Positions 25,051 to 38,576 are shown, numbered from the stretch's first letter. The stretch: DNA of 64,000 nt from Chiloscyllium plagiosum (GCF_004010195.1 NC_057719.1:94198659-94262658); one strand, 5' to 3'. Made by a program: numbers and translations. The notes: generated from the sequence alone by a model not told the origin.

Positions 25051-25829
25051 AATCACAAGATTCAAGGCCTGCAGGTTGACTCTGAATGGCTTGAGGAATG
25101 CAAGACAAAAAGCTTTGTAACATGACTTTCCTTTTTGGCAGGAAGACATTCTTGTAAGTCATGTGGAGTGTTGGAGCCTGGAAACGGAGCGGTGCACTTC
25201 ATTTATTTCACATTGTGTGGAAATTAACAAATTAAGCTCACATTTGCCAAGAGTACGAATGTAATAACAAACTAACTTCACAGATTTACTAACTCATCAC
25301 ATCCTACAAGCAGAGTTTTGTCTTCCCAGAATCCACAGCAACACACACACGCATGCACACGGGCCTGAATGGGTCACCTGTGCATCTAGGTTAAGGGTTT
25401 CACCTATTCAGCAGTCTGACTGCTTATTGGCCAGGGGTGAAAACACATCTTCGCACTTTCGAGAGGAGAGCAGTGTGACTCAACTCAAAGTCGAGCAGGA
25501 AATGCCAGCTGAACCACACCCTCCCTTATTCAACACAAACCCCCTGCCATCAGTAACACCCACCCGATATGCAGCCATCACGTTGTATGCGGTATTGGCA
25601 TTCACCTTTCAGTCCTCTCTCGATCCGATATCTGCGTTGTTCCTTCGTGAAGGCATCAATTCACATGGCAGTGACTGCTGTTGCTGGGGATTTCTTCCAC
25701 ATATCCAGCACCCTACAGAAAACAAAATGGTCTCTCATTTAACAAAATGGTCTCTCATTTTTTCCCCAAAACAATGCTGATGTGATGTGACAATACTTTG
25801 GTTTCAAGAGATGTATTTGGTCCAGGCTT

Positions 25830-26192
25830 CTTTTGTGTGAGGCGGAGGAGCTGAGCAGTCTGCTCAAAGCCAATAAATGAAACAGCTTGTGAGGCTTTGC
25901 TTTGTTTTTGAAATTCAGAACAATAAAAGCAGCCTGAGTGGGTGGGGTCAAGCTCCCACAGAAGCTGGGTTTGGAAGGTGTGGCACATCTCTCCCTCCCT
26001 CTCTCAGAGTTCTCTCTCGATGAGTTTTTCTTCTTGCACTGGAGAATTGCCTGTCAAACAATCTATTTTACTGAATTTGCCTTTGCCAAGGGTGTGTATA
26101 CAGGGATGTTACTATGTTGGAACAGTTACTGTTTAGTAGTTAAATCATCTATTATTTGGATAAGCTTTCCAATAGAGTTAAAGCTATTCTAA
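25830..26192 (+). mobile_element. LTR fragment, same family as 16748-17726
   Basis: CTGGAGAATTGC..ACAATCTATTTTACTGAATTTGCCTTTG..GGAACAGTTACTG. Confidence 0.75.
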
Positions 26193-26197
26193 CTTCG

Positions 26198-26825
26198 AGA
26201 GTCATGGAGCTGTACAGCACAAAAACAGACTTGTGGTCTACCCTGGTTAAAAACAACGACTGCAGACGCTGGAAACCAGAGTCTAATTAGAGTGGTGCTG
26301 GAAATGCACAGCAGTTCAGGCAGTATCCGAGGAGCAGGAACATCGACGTTTCGGGCAAAAGCCCTTCCTGATGAAGGGCTTTTGCCCGAAACATCGATTT
26401 TCCTGCTCCTCGGATGCCGCCTGAACTGCTGTGCTTTTCCAGCACCACTCTAATCTAGACTATGGTCTATCCTGTCCACGACAATCATGTTCCCAAACCA
26501 ACCTAGTCCCACCTGCCTGCACTTGGCCCATATCCCTCCAAACCCTTCCTATTTGTGTACTTATCCAAATAACTTATAAACATTGTAACTGTACCCATAT
26601 CCACCACATCCTCTGGAAATTCATTCCACACCCGAACCACCTTCTGTGTAAGAAAATGTTTTTGGAAGTCTTTCTCATCTCACCTTAAAAATATGTCCCC
26701 TCGTACTGAAATCACCTACCCTGGAGAAAAGACACCTGCCATCGAAACCCTTCATGATTTTGTCAACCTCTGAGGTCACTCCTCAAGCTCCAATGCTCCA
26801 CTGAAAAAAAAGTCCCAGCCTGTCC
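26198..26825 (-). mobile_element. CR1 3' fragment hosting a fold-back PLE
   Basis: Reverse-complement CR1 tail. Confidence 0.8.
26247..26460. mobile_element. Miniature fold-back PLE (family A) with hammerhead at 26368-26395
   Basis: ~80-bp inverted arms; CTGATGAAGGGCTTTTGCCCGAAACATC; imperfect TSD TRTGGTCTAYCCTG. Confidence 0.85.
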
Positions 26826-26839
26826 GGACAAAAAGATCC

Positions 26840-27690
26840 CAGTTTAATCCAAAATATAAGGTGATGCATTTTGAAGGGTCAAATTTGGTTGTGAAATGTA
26901 CTGTAAATTGTCGAATCTTTCAGAACACCAACATATGGACAGATCTGGGAGTACAGGTCCACAGTTCCCCAAAAGTGGCACAGTGAGAAAGAAGATTTAC
27001 CTTCATCGGCTGGTACAAGAGTTAGCAAACCATGTTGCAGCTGTATAAAACCCTTGTTAGGCCGTGTTTAGAGTACTGTGCGCAGAAGGGCGTGGAAGCA
27101 TTGGAGAGAGTGCAGAGAAGGATCTCAAGGATATGAGGAAAGGTTAAAAAGACCTGAATTGTTTTCACTAGAACGAAGGCAGCTGAGAGGAGACCTGATA
27201 GAGGTTGACCAAATTATGAGAAGCAGAGACAGGGTGGATAATCAGAGGCTTGTTCCCAGGGTTGAAGTTTCAATTACAAGGGGACACAGGTTTAAGGTGA
27301 GAGGGGGGGAAAGTTTAAGAGAGATGTTTGAGGGAGGTTTTTCACCCAGAGAGTGGTAGGAACCTGGAATGCACTGCCAAAAGAGGTGGTGGAGGCAGGC
27401 ACATTGGTGTCAAAGAGTGAGGTGCTGGAAAAGCACAGCAGGTCAGGCAGCATCCAAGGAGCAGGAGAATCGACTTTTCAAGCAAGAGCCCTTCATCAGG
27501 AATGAGGCCTCACTTTTTCCTAGCAGGCACATTGGCAACATTTAAGAGGCATCTGGATGGTTACATGAACACAATAGGATTTGGACCGAATAAGGGGAGA
27601 AGGTTTTTTTTTTAGTTTCGTTCGGGTGTGATGATTGGCACAGGCTTGGAGAACCAAAGGGCATGTTCCTGTTCTGTACTCCTCTTTTGT
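26840..27690 (+). mobile_element. CR1 3' fragment with a minus-strand PLE terminus inserted at 27408-27522
   Basis: [32 protein letters not shown] on both sides of the insert. Confidence 0.82.
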
Positions 27691-28089
27691 TCTTATCCAG
27701 CCTCGCCATATAACTCAAACCCTCCACACCTGGCAATATACTATAATTTGGTGACCAGTACTGGACACAGTACTCCAGCAAAGGCCGCACCAATGTCCTG
27801 TACAACCTCAACATGACGTCCCAACCCCTATATTTGATTCCGCTTTATTCTGTTTTATTTTAACTATAGTGCACTTTGAGAGGGTATAGTCTTGTCTGGT
27901 CCACACCAAAATGAGTGGAACACGTTGGTGCTACTGCTCAGCTCCATATGAGCTTCCTCCTAACTCCCAGTTAAAGCATTTCATGTGTACTATTGCTCCG
28001 AAAGAAATTTAAGTGACAAACTGGTGAAATGTCATCAGTGGTTTGACAGAGTCAGAAGAAACCTTTGCGATGGATGTATGTGGTGTAGG

Positions 28090-28755
28090 TGATGGCTATA
28101 GGTATGGAGATTTGAAGGAATTTAAGACCACAGGGTTGTGTCTGAGGGATGGGACGTTATTGAAACAACGCTGTGACTTTGAAGAGGTCATTTTGTCCCA
28201 GGTTCTTTTAAAAGAGAGACTGAAGAAGAGGTACTGAGCTAGTTACTGAAGACCACTTGAGTGATCAGCTTGGGAGGCCTTGGTTATTTTCCGAAAAAAA
28301 CAAAGGGGAGCGGCCAGCTCTCACAGATCAGGGGTTTTGGGGTTTTTCGCTTTAACTTTAAGCAGGAGCTGCTGGGTCTCCACAAGGTGAAGGATTCTTG
28401 GCTGCTACTCTCCTTAATTTTTCTCTGGATGCTGTTTCCTCCTGGATTGGAGAATTTCATGTGAGAATCTTGTTGTTTTGCTAAGGGGTGTATTTATGAG
28501 ATGTCACTACAATAGAACAATTAATTAGTAATAGGTACATTATTCGGTTAAGTTTTCAACAGAATTAAGTTACTCTAAATTCCTGTTTCTTTTGTTTGTA
28601 TTTTAACTATGGCATTTAAATAAATTGCGTTTTGCTAAACGTGAAGTCGCTTGACCTGTCTGTGACAGACATTTTACATCTGCCTTTGAAATAAGAAAAG
28701 TGCGGGTCTCGGCTCCTGCCTTAAAATATTTTGATGGGGTCTGGTCTGGTCCATT
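28090..28755 (+). mobile_element. Diverged LTR related to the 16748-17726 family
   Basis: TGGAGAATTTCATGTGAGAATC; ends TTTTGATGGGGTCTGGTCTGGTCCAT. Confidence 0.6.
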
Positions 28756-29049
28756 CTTTAATCCAAGGAGGATTTAACACTGAACAACCATTCCAACAAG
28801 AGGACGCAAAATCAGTAAGTACAGCGAGGAAAAATTGGATTCTTCTGCCACCGTTGGTCCCAAGATGGCATCAGTACCCTCCCAAGGGTCTTCCAAAGAG
28901 TTAAAAGAGTCAGAATCAATCACCCATATGAGATTGTACAAGGTGTAGCTACAAACAAATTCACAAGTGCCACACATGTTCAACGGACAGAGCATCCGCT
29001 GGTGGGTCAAGTCAAATCTCAGGCAGCACAATTGAAGATGAGATATGAT

Positions 29050-29380
29050 ATAGAATCGCTGCAGTTGGAAACAGGCTCTTCAGCCCAACAAGTCCAAGAA
29101 ACTACACAGAGTTGTGAACACAGCCCGGTCCATCACACAAGCTAGCCTTCCTCCGCTCCTTCTGTACATTTACCCCAGACTAGTGCTCCTAACCTACACA
29201 TCCCTGAACACGATGAGCAATTTTAACAGGGCCAATTCACCCGACCTGCACACCTTCGGATTACGGGAGGAAACCGGAGCAAACCCACGCAGACACAGGG
29301 AGAATGTGCAAATTCCACACAGACAGACAGTCGCCCGAGGCAGGAATCGAACCCGGGTCCCTGGTGCTAACCACTGAGTG
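29050..29380 (-). mobile_element. HE1-like SINE
   Basis: Reverse complement of SINE head and body. Confidence 0.85.
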
Positions 29381-29464
29381 ATCGTGTGACTCTTCGCACC
29401 ACTGATAAAAACAACAGTGCTGATTGTTTGTAATTGTTCCCAAGTCAAATGGAAAACTAAATCT

Positions 29465-30110
29465 GTATGTTGGTTTGATTTATTATTATCATATGTACCA
29501 AGATACAGTGAAAAGTATAGTTTTGCATGCTATTCAAACAAATCATAAATTAAATAAGTAAATCAGGGTAATGGAACAGAATGCGGAATACAATATTACA
29601 GCTGCAGAGAAGGCAGAAAGAGAAATCCACTGTAATATATGAGAGGTACATTCATGAGTGTGATAACAGTGGGCAAAAAGCTGTTCTTAAATCTGTTGGT
29701 GCAAATTTTCAAACCTTTGTATCTTCTGCCCAATGGAACAGAGTGGAAGAGAGTATAACCAGCAGAGGAGGGGTGTTTGGTGACATTGGCTGCCTTCCTG
29801 AGGCATTGTGAAGTCTGAGATGAAGTCAATGAAAGGAAGGCTAGCTTGTGTGATGGACTGGGCTGTGTTCACAACTCTGTGTAGTTTCTTGCGGTCTTGG
29901 GCACAACAGCTGCGGTACCAAGCTGCGATGCATCCGGATAGGATGCTTTCTGCGGCACATCTATAAAACTTGATCAGAGTCCTTGTTGACCTGCCACATT
30001 CCCTTCGCCTCCTGAGGAAGGAGAAGCGTTAGTGCCCTCTCTTGACTATCATGTCGATGTGGTTGGACCAGGACAGATGGTTAGTTTTATTTAAGCCCGG
30101 GAGCTTGAAG
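29465..30110 (-). mobile_element. Rex1/Babar-like LINE 3' fragment
   Basis: LRKAANV..HP..LF..PLGRRY..TNRFKNSFLPTVI. Confidence 0.75.
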
Positions 30111-30120
30111 CTCCAATTCC

Positions 30121-30445
30121 AATGGCAGTAGTTAGCACTTTGCCTCACAGCGCCAGGGACCCAGGTTTGATTCCAGCCTCAGGTAACATTCTGCGTGGAG
30201 TTTGCACATTCTCCCCGTGTCTGCGTGGGTTTCCTCCGGGTGCTCCGGTTTCCTCCAACAGTCCAAACATGTGCAGGTTAGGTGGATTGGCCATGCTAAA
30301 TTGCCCATAGTGTCCAGAGATGTGCAGGCCAGGTGGGTTAGCCATGGGAAATTCAGGAGATAGGGTAGGGAGTGGGTCTGGGTGGGATGCTCTTTGGAGG
30401 GTCAGTGTGGGCCAAACAGCCTGCTTCCAGACGATAGGGATTCTA
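30121..30445 (+). mobile_element. HE1-like SINE
   Basis: B box GGTTTGATTCC, central domain, GGGATTCTA tail. Confidence 0.88.
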
Positions 30446-31171
30446 GGAAGCCTTGCCACAGTTGACATGGCCTAGTCTGGGACTCTAGGCTGGTGTTGTC
30501 TCTTGGTGAAGGTTTTATGAAGATCATACCTAGACTTCCTGGATAGGTCAGGGTCACCCGACTTGAAGACCTCAGACCTGGACTTCAGGAGGAAGTGAAT
30601 CTCCTGGATCATTCATGGACCTCACTTGGGGTTAGAAGGGAAATTCAACTCGTTCAGGGAGCTTGGCAAAATCGTCAACAAGCAGGTTTTTCACAAAACA
30701 GTGGATCATGGAAGATCCCCTTAGACCAAGAGTAAAGACGGCCTCTTCCATTTTTACACCATTCCAGCAGATTTGCTTCAACCAGCCATCATTTTGGAAA
30801 ACTTCTGGTGCAGTGGGACTCCCAAGAACAACCCAGAAGGGAAACTAGGAACCATTTACCCTGTGTAATGCCAACGACAAGGGATATTTTAGAGACAGAA
30901 GCAAACACAGGCCTTATGATAAATGAGTAATGCCAATTCACTTCTGGAATGCGGTATCCACGTACAGGGGGAAATGATGGCTCAAAGGGAGGCTAGAGCC
31001 ATCACTGAACATCAAAGGCTGTAAATGATCAACAGTTTCAGCATGAGTGAATCAAATGGGTAAGTCTGACCCGAACAGAGCCATTCTCATGCAGCCAACA
31101 AGAGAACCTTTTGAAAACAAAAATCCCAGGACTACACTGCGGGTTTTGAAACGACTGAGAGAAGTTTCTTC

Positions 31172-31620
31172 AAGTCATAGAGCTGTACAGCACAACTCAT
31201 CCATGCTGACCAGATAACCTAAATTAATCTAGTCCCCATTTGCCAGCACTTGGCTCCTATCGCTCTAAACCTTCCCTATTAATGTACAAATGCAGATGCC
31301 TTTTAAATGTTGGAATTCTAGCGTCCTCTATCACTGCCTCTCGCAACCCGTTCCATACACGCACCACCCTCTGTGTGAAAAAAAGTTGGCCTTTAGGTCC
31401 CTTTTAAATCTTTCCCCTCTCACCTTAAGCCTATGCCCTCTCATTTTGGACTCCCCTACCCTGGGGAAAAGACCTTGCCTATTTACCCTATCCATGCCCC
31501 ACATGATTTTATAAACCTCTATAAGGTTTATAGCCTCCGATGCTCCAGGGAAAACAGCTCCAGTCTATTCAGCCTCTCCCGATAGCTCAAACCCTCCAAC
31601 CCTAGCAACGTCCTTGTAAA
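31172..31620 (-). mobile_element. CR1 3' fragment
   Basis: Reverse-complement CR1 3' end. Confidence 0.85.
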
Positions 31621-31689
31621 TCTGATCAAGGTCCCATTGTACTCTGAGGCAACCTTCTTTGCTGTCCAGTTCTATAACTCTATGATTAG

Positions 31690-32146
31690 ATGTAATGAAG
31701 AAATGAGACTTCATTGAACCACTTAGACCAAATAAGACCTTCGTGAGACACGGGGTTTCCTATAAGAAATAATATCAAACAATGGACCTCAAATTGTGAA
31801 TGAGGATTTCGTCAAATTCACTTTTGTGGCAATGTCATACCTCACTGGAGTATTTTGATGAAAATGAAACCCTGTTATTGCGACAGTTCTCACAAAATTG
31901 AAAGATGTTCTAAAAGTATGCAAAATTCATCAATTTACCTGACTTTTAGACCTGGGAAGACCTCAGATGGACCTCACAGAATCTGAGTTCCCTGACTGGG
32001 GCTGTTAACCTGGTTCAATCAGGAAGCCCTGGCTGACAGGAGGGGGTTCGTTCACTCTGAAGGGGCAGTATGAAAGTCAAGGACTTTTCATGTGTAATTA
32101 AAGGGTGACTTGGTGACAGGATACCGGCCTAATTGGAGTTCTTTCA
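31690..32146 (+). mobile_element. Old Gypsy integrase remnant and LTR-like end
   Basis: RHGxPxEIISNNGPQ..EDFVKF resembles the integrase core; 31960-32146 matches 12330-12556. Confidence 0.55.
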
Positions 32147-32374
32147 GAAAGCATAGATTAAGTTCCTGTACTTAATAAGAATTACCATTCATTGCAAATA
32201 AATAGACTCTAACGACAGGAAAATGAAAATGAACCACTGGCATGTAACTGTACTAATTGTTAAACTGTTAGCTAATTGTTAAAATCTAATCCATTTCTCA
32301 GCTCTCCCTTACACACAGACTGGGAAAAAAAAACATGATATGAATGGAAGGAAAACTCTTCACACATCTTTTGG

Positions 32375-33115
32375 AATCCTCCCTGCTCTCGGAAAGTTGT
32401 TGTGAAATGTGAAAAGGTTCAGAAAAGATTTACAAACATGTTGCTAGAGTTGGAGGTTGCGAGTTACACGGAGAGGCTGAACAGGTTGGGGCTGTTTTCC
32501 CTGGAGCGTCGGAGGCTGAGGGGTGACCTTATAGAGGTTTACAAAATTATGAGGGACATGGATAGGATAAATAGAGTGGGGAGTCCAGAACTAGAGGGCA
32601 CAGTTTAAGGTGAGGGGGAAAGATTTAAAAGGGACCAAAGGGGCAAATTTTCACACAAAAGGTGGTGTGTGTATGGAACAAGCTGCCAGAGGGAGTGGCG
32701 ATGGCTGGTACAATTACAACAGTTAAAAGTTAAAAATCCCACAACACCAGGTTATAGTCCAACAGGTTTAATTGGAAGCACTCAGTGTGATGTAACTGAA
32801 ATTACTTTTGCTATAAATTCTGTGTCTTACAATTGTGCCCTCCACAACCACCTGATGAAGGAGCGTCACTCCGAAAGCGAGTGCTCCCAATTAAACCTGT
32901 TGGACTATAACCGGTTGTTGTGTGATTTTTAACTTTGTACACCCAGTCCAACACCGGCATCTCCAAATCATAACTTTTGAAAGACATCTGGATGGGTATA
33001 TGAATAGGAAGGGGTTAAAGGGAAACGCTGGCAAAAGGGAGGAGGTTAATTTAAGATAGCTGGACGAGTTGGACCGAAGGGTCTGTTTCTATGCTGTACA
33101 TCTCTATCATTCTGT
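32375..33115 (+). mobile_element. CR1 3' fragment with a fold-back PLE inserted
   Basis: [19 protein letters not shown]; host resumes at ~32971. Confidence 0.85.
32722..32970. mobile_element. Fold-back PLE (family D) with hammerhead-like motif at 32849-32883
   Basis: Arms 32726-32782 and 32880-32936 are inverted; CAC-CTGATGA-A-GGAG-CGTCA-CTCC-GAAAG-CGA-GTG (triplet lacks U, so likely inactive). Confidence 0.8.
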
Positions 33116-33186
33116 CAATCATAAAGCCGAGGGCAAAGAGTCTGGTTAAGGGACAGCAAGCCAGAGGCTAGAGACAACCCAGCAAA

Positions 33187-34270
33187 ACATAGAACATCGA
33201 ACAATACAGCTCAGAACAGGCCCTTCAGCACTCATTTTTCGCCGACCTGTGAACTAATCTAAGCCCATCTCCCTACACAATCTATGTGCTTATCCAAGAA
33301 CTGTTTAAATCTCCCTAATGTGACTGAGTTAACTAAATTGGCAGTCAGTATATTCCACACCCTGACCACTCTCTGAGTAAAGAACTTGCCTCTGACATCT
33401 GTCTAAAATCTATCACCCCTCAATTTGCAGTTATGCCCCCTTGTACAAGCTGACATCACCATCTTAGGAAAAAAGACTTTCACTGTCTACCCTGTCTAGT
33501 CCTCCGATCGTCTTGTATGTCTCTATCAAATCCCCTCTCAGCCTTCTTCTCTCCAATGAGAACAGACCCAAGTCTCTCAGCCTTTCATCATAGGACCTTC
33601 CCTCCAGACCAGGCAACATCCTGGTAAATCTCCTCTGCACCTTTTCCAATACTTCCACATCCTTCCTGTAATGGGGCGACCAGAACTGGACACAATATTC
33701 CAAGTGCGGCTACACTTGTATAGTCGCAGCATGACATTACAGCTCCATAACTCAATCCCACTACCAATAAAACCTAACACACCACATGCCTTCTTAACAG
33801 CACTATCACCCTGGGTGGCAACTTTCAGGGATCTTTGTACATGGACACCAAGATCCCTCTGCACATCCACACTACCAAGAATTTTTCCATTGACCCATTA
33901 CTCTGCCTTCCTGTTATCCTTCCCAAAGTGCATTACCTCACATTTAGCTGCATTGAACTCCATGTGCCATCTCTCAGCCCAATTCTGCAGCTTATCCAAG
34001 TCCCCCTGCAACCTTCTTCCAAACTGTCCACGACTCCACCGACTTTAGTGTCATCTGCAAACTTACTAACCCATCCACCTATTGCCTGCATCCAAGTCAT
34101 TTATAAAAATGACAAATAGCAGTGGTCCCAAAACAGATCCTTGTGCCACAGCACTAGTAACCGGACTCCAGGCTGAATATTTTCCATCAACCACCACTCA
34201 CTGCCTTCTTACAGAAAGCCAGTTTCTAATCCAAACTGCTAAATCACCCTCAATCCCATGCCTCTGCATT
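33187..34270 (-). mobile_element. CR1 3' ~1.1 kb
   Basis: [31 protein letters not shown]. Confidence 0.88.
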
Positions 34271-34274
34271 TAAC

Positions 34275-34390
34275 CACTCATGAAAGGTTAACTCTGACTT
34301 CTCTCCACAGATGCTGCCAGACCTGCTGAGATTTTCCAGCATCTTCTGGTTTTGTTTCTGATTTCCAGTACTCACAAATCCTTGTTTAAA
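34275..34390 (+). mobile_element. PLE terminus (family C)
   Basis: TTAACTCTGACTTTCTCTCCACAGATGCTGCC..CTGCTGAG..TTCCAGCA; antisense homolog at 62220-62292 and 62935-62978. Confidence 0.6.
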
Positions 34391-34813
34391 TTTAGTGTTT
34401 TGACTCCTTGGTCAGCAAAGGATTGCACCTTTCGCACGCCCCCTTGGTGATAGACAGAGAGTGGGCCATGAGTTCACAGACAAATGTCACCAAATGATGT
34501 GACATCAGGGAAGCACAGCCCCAGTCAGAAACTCTTCTCTCCTGCAGTATAAATTGTTGTGAAATCGGACATTCCTTTGCTTATCCTAATCAGTGTCAGA
34601 GACAAACCTTTGGCAATGTGGCAACAAGAGTAGGGAGGTGATGTTAAAGGTGTACATGATACCTGTTAGACCTCGGCAGGTGTATTGTGTATAGTTGTGG
34701 GGGACAACGTGATAGGAAAGGTAGGAGACAAATGGTGGTAGTGGGGAATTGCTTTTCTGACTGGAGGCCTGTGATCAGCTGTGCTGGGCCCACTGTTGAT
34801 ATGTCATTTATAT

Positions 34814-35155
34814 ACAGAGGAACCTTGATTATCCAAATATCAATTTCGGATTATCCAAAGACGGTCTCAAAGTCCTGACAGAAACATTACATCAAAGAGG
34901 TGTTTCCAACACTGACAGTGTCTTTTGTTCACAGTGATTAAAATGAATTTGGCTGACTGAAGTGCTGCTGACACCAGTCCTGGACATCGATGGGAGCCCA
35001 AATGACTGACAGCCCGCATGCTTTCTCTCGTTGCCCGCGCTTGCCCGAGGGTTGTAGACAGGGGTGTACCCTAAACCCCGCTTCGCCAGACCATCTCTCC
35101 AACATTGTCCTGTACAGAGTAAAGGTGGAAACTGTCAAAACGTTGCAGCAAAACA
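34814..35155 (+). mobile_element. pogo/Tigger-like DNA transposon end
   Basis: TA-CAGAGGAACCTTGATTATCC start with repeated GATTATCC subterminal motif; other end not seen. Confidence 0.4.
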
Positions 35156-36118
35156 GTTTGTGTGTGTGTGTGTGTGTGTGAGGGAGAGAGAGAGAATGGG
35201 GATTTGTGAGAGAGAGAGAGAATGGGGAATNNNNNNNNNNNNNNNNNNNNNNNNNNNNNNNNNNNNNNNNNNNNNNNNNNNNNNNNNNNNNNNNNNNNNN
35301 NNNNNNNNNNNNNNNNNNNNNNNNNNNNNNNNNNNNNNNNNNNNNNNNNNNNNNNNNNNNNNNNNNNNNNNNNNNNNNNNNNNNNNNNNNNNNNNNNNNN
35401 NNNNNNNNNNNNNNNNNNNNNNNNNNNNNNNNNNNNNNNNNNNNNNNNNNNNNNNNNNNNNNNNNNNNNNNNNNNNNNNNNNNNNNNNNNNNNNNNNNNN
35501 NNNNNNNNNNNNNNNNNNNNNNNNNNNNNNNNNNNNNNNNNNNNNNNNNNNNNNNNNNNNNNNNNNNNNNNNNNNNNNNNNNNNNNNNNNNNNNNNNNNN
35601 NNNNNNNNNNNNNNNNNNNNNNNNNNNNNNNNNNNNNNNNNNNNNNNNNNNNNNNNNNNNNNNNNNNNNNNNNNNNNNNNNNNNNNNNNNNNNNNNNNNN
35701 NNNNNNNNNNNNNNNNNNNNNNNNNNNNNNTTCCCCTAAATCCCAATGCTGTAAGGAGTCAGAGGTCAATGGTTCACTGACTTACCCTTCCTGTTTTGCA
35801 AAAATTAGGTCAGCAACATGAAAAAAAAAGACAGTTTATTACAGGGAACGGTGTTCATTGTTTTAAAACACATCACGCAAATGATTTGTACCCTCTCCGA
35901 CAGCTGATCTTTGACCTTGCACACACAGGCTTTGCCAGGGGTGACTAGGCCCTGATTCTGGAAGTTTCTGCTCCATGACAAACTCTGAGCTCTCACAATC
36001 GACCAGCACACAGACCTCAGGCTCCAATGTCACTGCGTTATTGGCAGTTCCAAACTCACTCACGCTATTCCAAGTTCCAGACCCACCATCAGAGCATGCA
36101 CTAAATAAGACTGAGAAT

Positions 36119-36580
36119 GTCGGAGGGTCAGTGCTGAGGGAGCGCCGCACGTCGGAGGGTCAGTGCTGAGGGAGCGCCGCACTGTCACAGGGTCAGTGCC
36201 GAGGGAGCGCTGCACTGTCACAGGGTCAGTGCTAAGGGAGTGGGCACTGTCGGAGGGACAGTGCTGAGGGAGTGCCGCACTGTCAGACGGTCAGTGCTGA
36301 GGGAGTGCCTCACTGTCAAGGGTCAGTGCTGAGGGAATGCCGCACTGTCAGATGGTCAGTGCTGAGGGAGTGCCGCACTGTCAGATGGTCAGTGCTGAGG
36401 GAGTGCCGCACTGTCAGATGGTCAGTGCTGAGGGAGTGCCGCACTGTCGGAGGGTCAGTACTGAGGGAGTGCCGCACTGTCGGAGGGTCAGTGCTGAGGG
36501 AGTGCCGCACTGTCGGAGGGTCAGTGCTGAGGGAGTGGGCACTGTCGGAGGGTCAGTGCTGAGGGAGCGCCGCACTGTCA
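36119..36580 (+). repeat. 33-bp minisatellite (GTCGGAGGGTCAGTGCTGAGGGAGTGCCGCACT) within Deu-SINE-like sequence
   Basis: ~14 units; downstream GCTATTTATGGGAGCTT..CAAATTGGCTGC resembles a DeuSINE 3' part. Confidence 0.9.
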
Positions 36581-37089
36581 AAAGGATCAATATTTGTACA
36601 ATAATATCTGGAAAAGCAAATGATTGGTGTCAGGATTAAACTGCTATTTATGGGAGCTTTCTCTGAACAAATTGGCTGCTTTATTTCCTATTGGTCAACA
36701 ATGAGCAGTGTTCAATGGCCAAGTGCGTGATTGGGTGTGAAATGGTTTAGGATGCTCTGTGAGGAGAGAAGTTATTGTGTCACACAGTGACCGGTTGCTG
36801 CCTCTGAAGATGTAACATCCCTCTGTTACTGCGGGAACGAAACCTCCCTGTATTAAACTGAGCAGGCTCTGTCCAGGCCCCTGTCTCTTCGCTCATTTCT
36901 GCTGAGTGGTACTCACTATTAATTAAACATTCAGGAACAGATGGTCAGTATCCTCATCGGAATATCAGTTAATTTGTCTGATTAAAACCAAAGAAAAGGA
37001 AAGATCAATTGGACACAGAGATAATTCTGTCCCAAACAAATCCCTTTTTAAAAGGAGTCTTTCCCATTCAGGACCCCATGGAATAGGGA

Positions 37090-37860
37090 AGGTTCTCTCT
37101 CTCTCTGTCTCACTCTCTCTGTCAGGGACCCTGTTTAAAGAGGGAGTCTCTCTCTCTCACTCTCTCTGTCAGGGAGCCTGTTTAAAGTGGGAGTCTCTCT
37201 TTCTCTCTCTCTGTCAGGGACCTTGTTTAAAGAGGAGAAAGTGAGGTCTGCAGATGCTGGAGATCAGAGATGGAAATGTGTTGCTGGACCTGCTGCGCTT
37301 TTCCAGCAACACATTTCCACCTTGTTTAAAGAGGCAATCTCTCTCTCTCTCTCTCTGTCAGGGACCTTGTTTAAAGAGAGAGTCTCTCTCTCTCTGTCAG
37401 GGACCTTGTTTAAAGAGGCAATCTCTCTCTCTCTGTCAGGGACCTTGTTTAAAGAGGGAGTCTCTCTCTCTCTCTCTGTCAGGGAGCCTGTTTAAAGAGG
37501 GAGTCTCTCTCTCTCTCTCTGTCAGGGACCTTGTTTAAAGAGGCAATCTCTCTCTCTCTCTCTGTCAGGGACCTTGTTTAAAGAGAGAATCTCTCTCTCT
37601 CTCTCTCTGTCAGGGACCTTGTTTAAAGAGAGTCTCTCTCTCTCTCTGTCAGGGACCTTGTTTAAAGAGAGAGTCTCTCTCTCTCTCTCTCTCTCTGTCA
37701 GGGAGTCTGTTTGAAGAGGCAATCTCTCTGTGTCTGTCTCTCTTTTCTCTCTCTGTCACAGACCCTTTTTAAAGAGGGAGTCTCCCTCTCTCCCCATCAC
37801 AGACCCTTGTGAAAGAGGGAGGACTTCTCTCTCTCTCGCTCTCTCTCTCTCTCTGTCAAG
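37090..37860. repeat. Tandem repeat TGTCAGGGACCTTGTTTAAAGAG + variable (CT)n, with a collapsed PLE fold-back at 37233-37320
   Basis: Direct observation. Confidence 0.9.
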
Positions 37861-38439
37861 CACCTCTGTTAAAGGGGATCATTCCCATTAGTGGCTCCTG
37901 TTAAATAGGTCGTCTCGCCATTGGAGAATCGTGCGGAGGAAGATGTCGGAAAATGTAGCATTGAAAAGGCACAGCAGGTCAGGCTGCAGCCAAGGAGCAG
38001 GAGGGTATATGTTTCGGGCAGAAGCCCTTCAGTGCCTGACTATGTTTGTTCTGCAGAGCGGTGTGGGCTAGAGGGGCTGAATGGCCTCTTGTTGTGTCTA
38101 TCGTTCGTGTTCAGACACATTCTGAGTGTCTCAGAGGAGTGACTCTTTGAGAAAGCACTTCACAGAGAATCTGAAAGCAACTTCGCACGATCTCGAGTTC
38201 CTCAGAATGAATGGAGTTGGAGAGGACGTGCAAAGCAGACTGAGTCACAGCTCAACCACAGCTAAACACTGACAATGGGCTGACAATTACTCTCTCGCTG
38301 CGATACCTTCCAGCCACCACACCTCAGTCAAAGACAACCTCAATCAAACGCGTTATGTACACCGACAGCACACGTGGCCTCTCTGAAACAACTCCAACAA
38401 CTGGGTATTTATAACAGAATGGAAATCAATCCCACGATC

Positions 38440-38576
38440 AAACTCCCTCTACACTGTCCCCCATCAAACACTGCCAGGGACAGGGACAGCACAGGGTTAG
38501 ATACAGAGTAAAGCTCCCTCTACACTGTCCCCCAAACACTCCCAGGACAGGGACAGCACGGGGTTAGATACAGAGA
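38440..38576 (-). repeat. Two units of the ~71-bp repeat
   Basis: Reverse complement of the 43338-44113 unit. Confidence 0.85.

Noticed and set aside
25573..25712. Minus-strand exon with in-frame TGA (selenoprotein or readthrough)
   Set aside because: Good acceptor, but all three frames stop before a strong donor; no Sec motif or SECIS recognised
37090..37860. Constant repeat with variable spacers (CRISPR-like)
   Set aside because: The spacers are only (CT)n length variants
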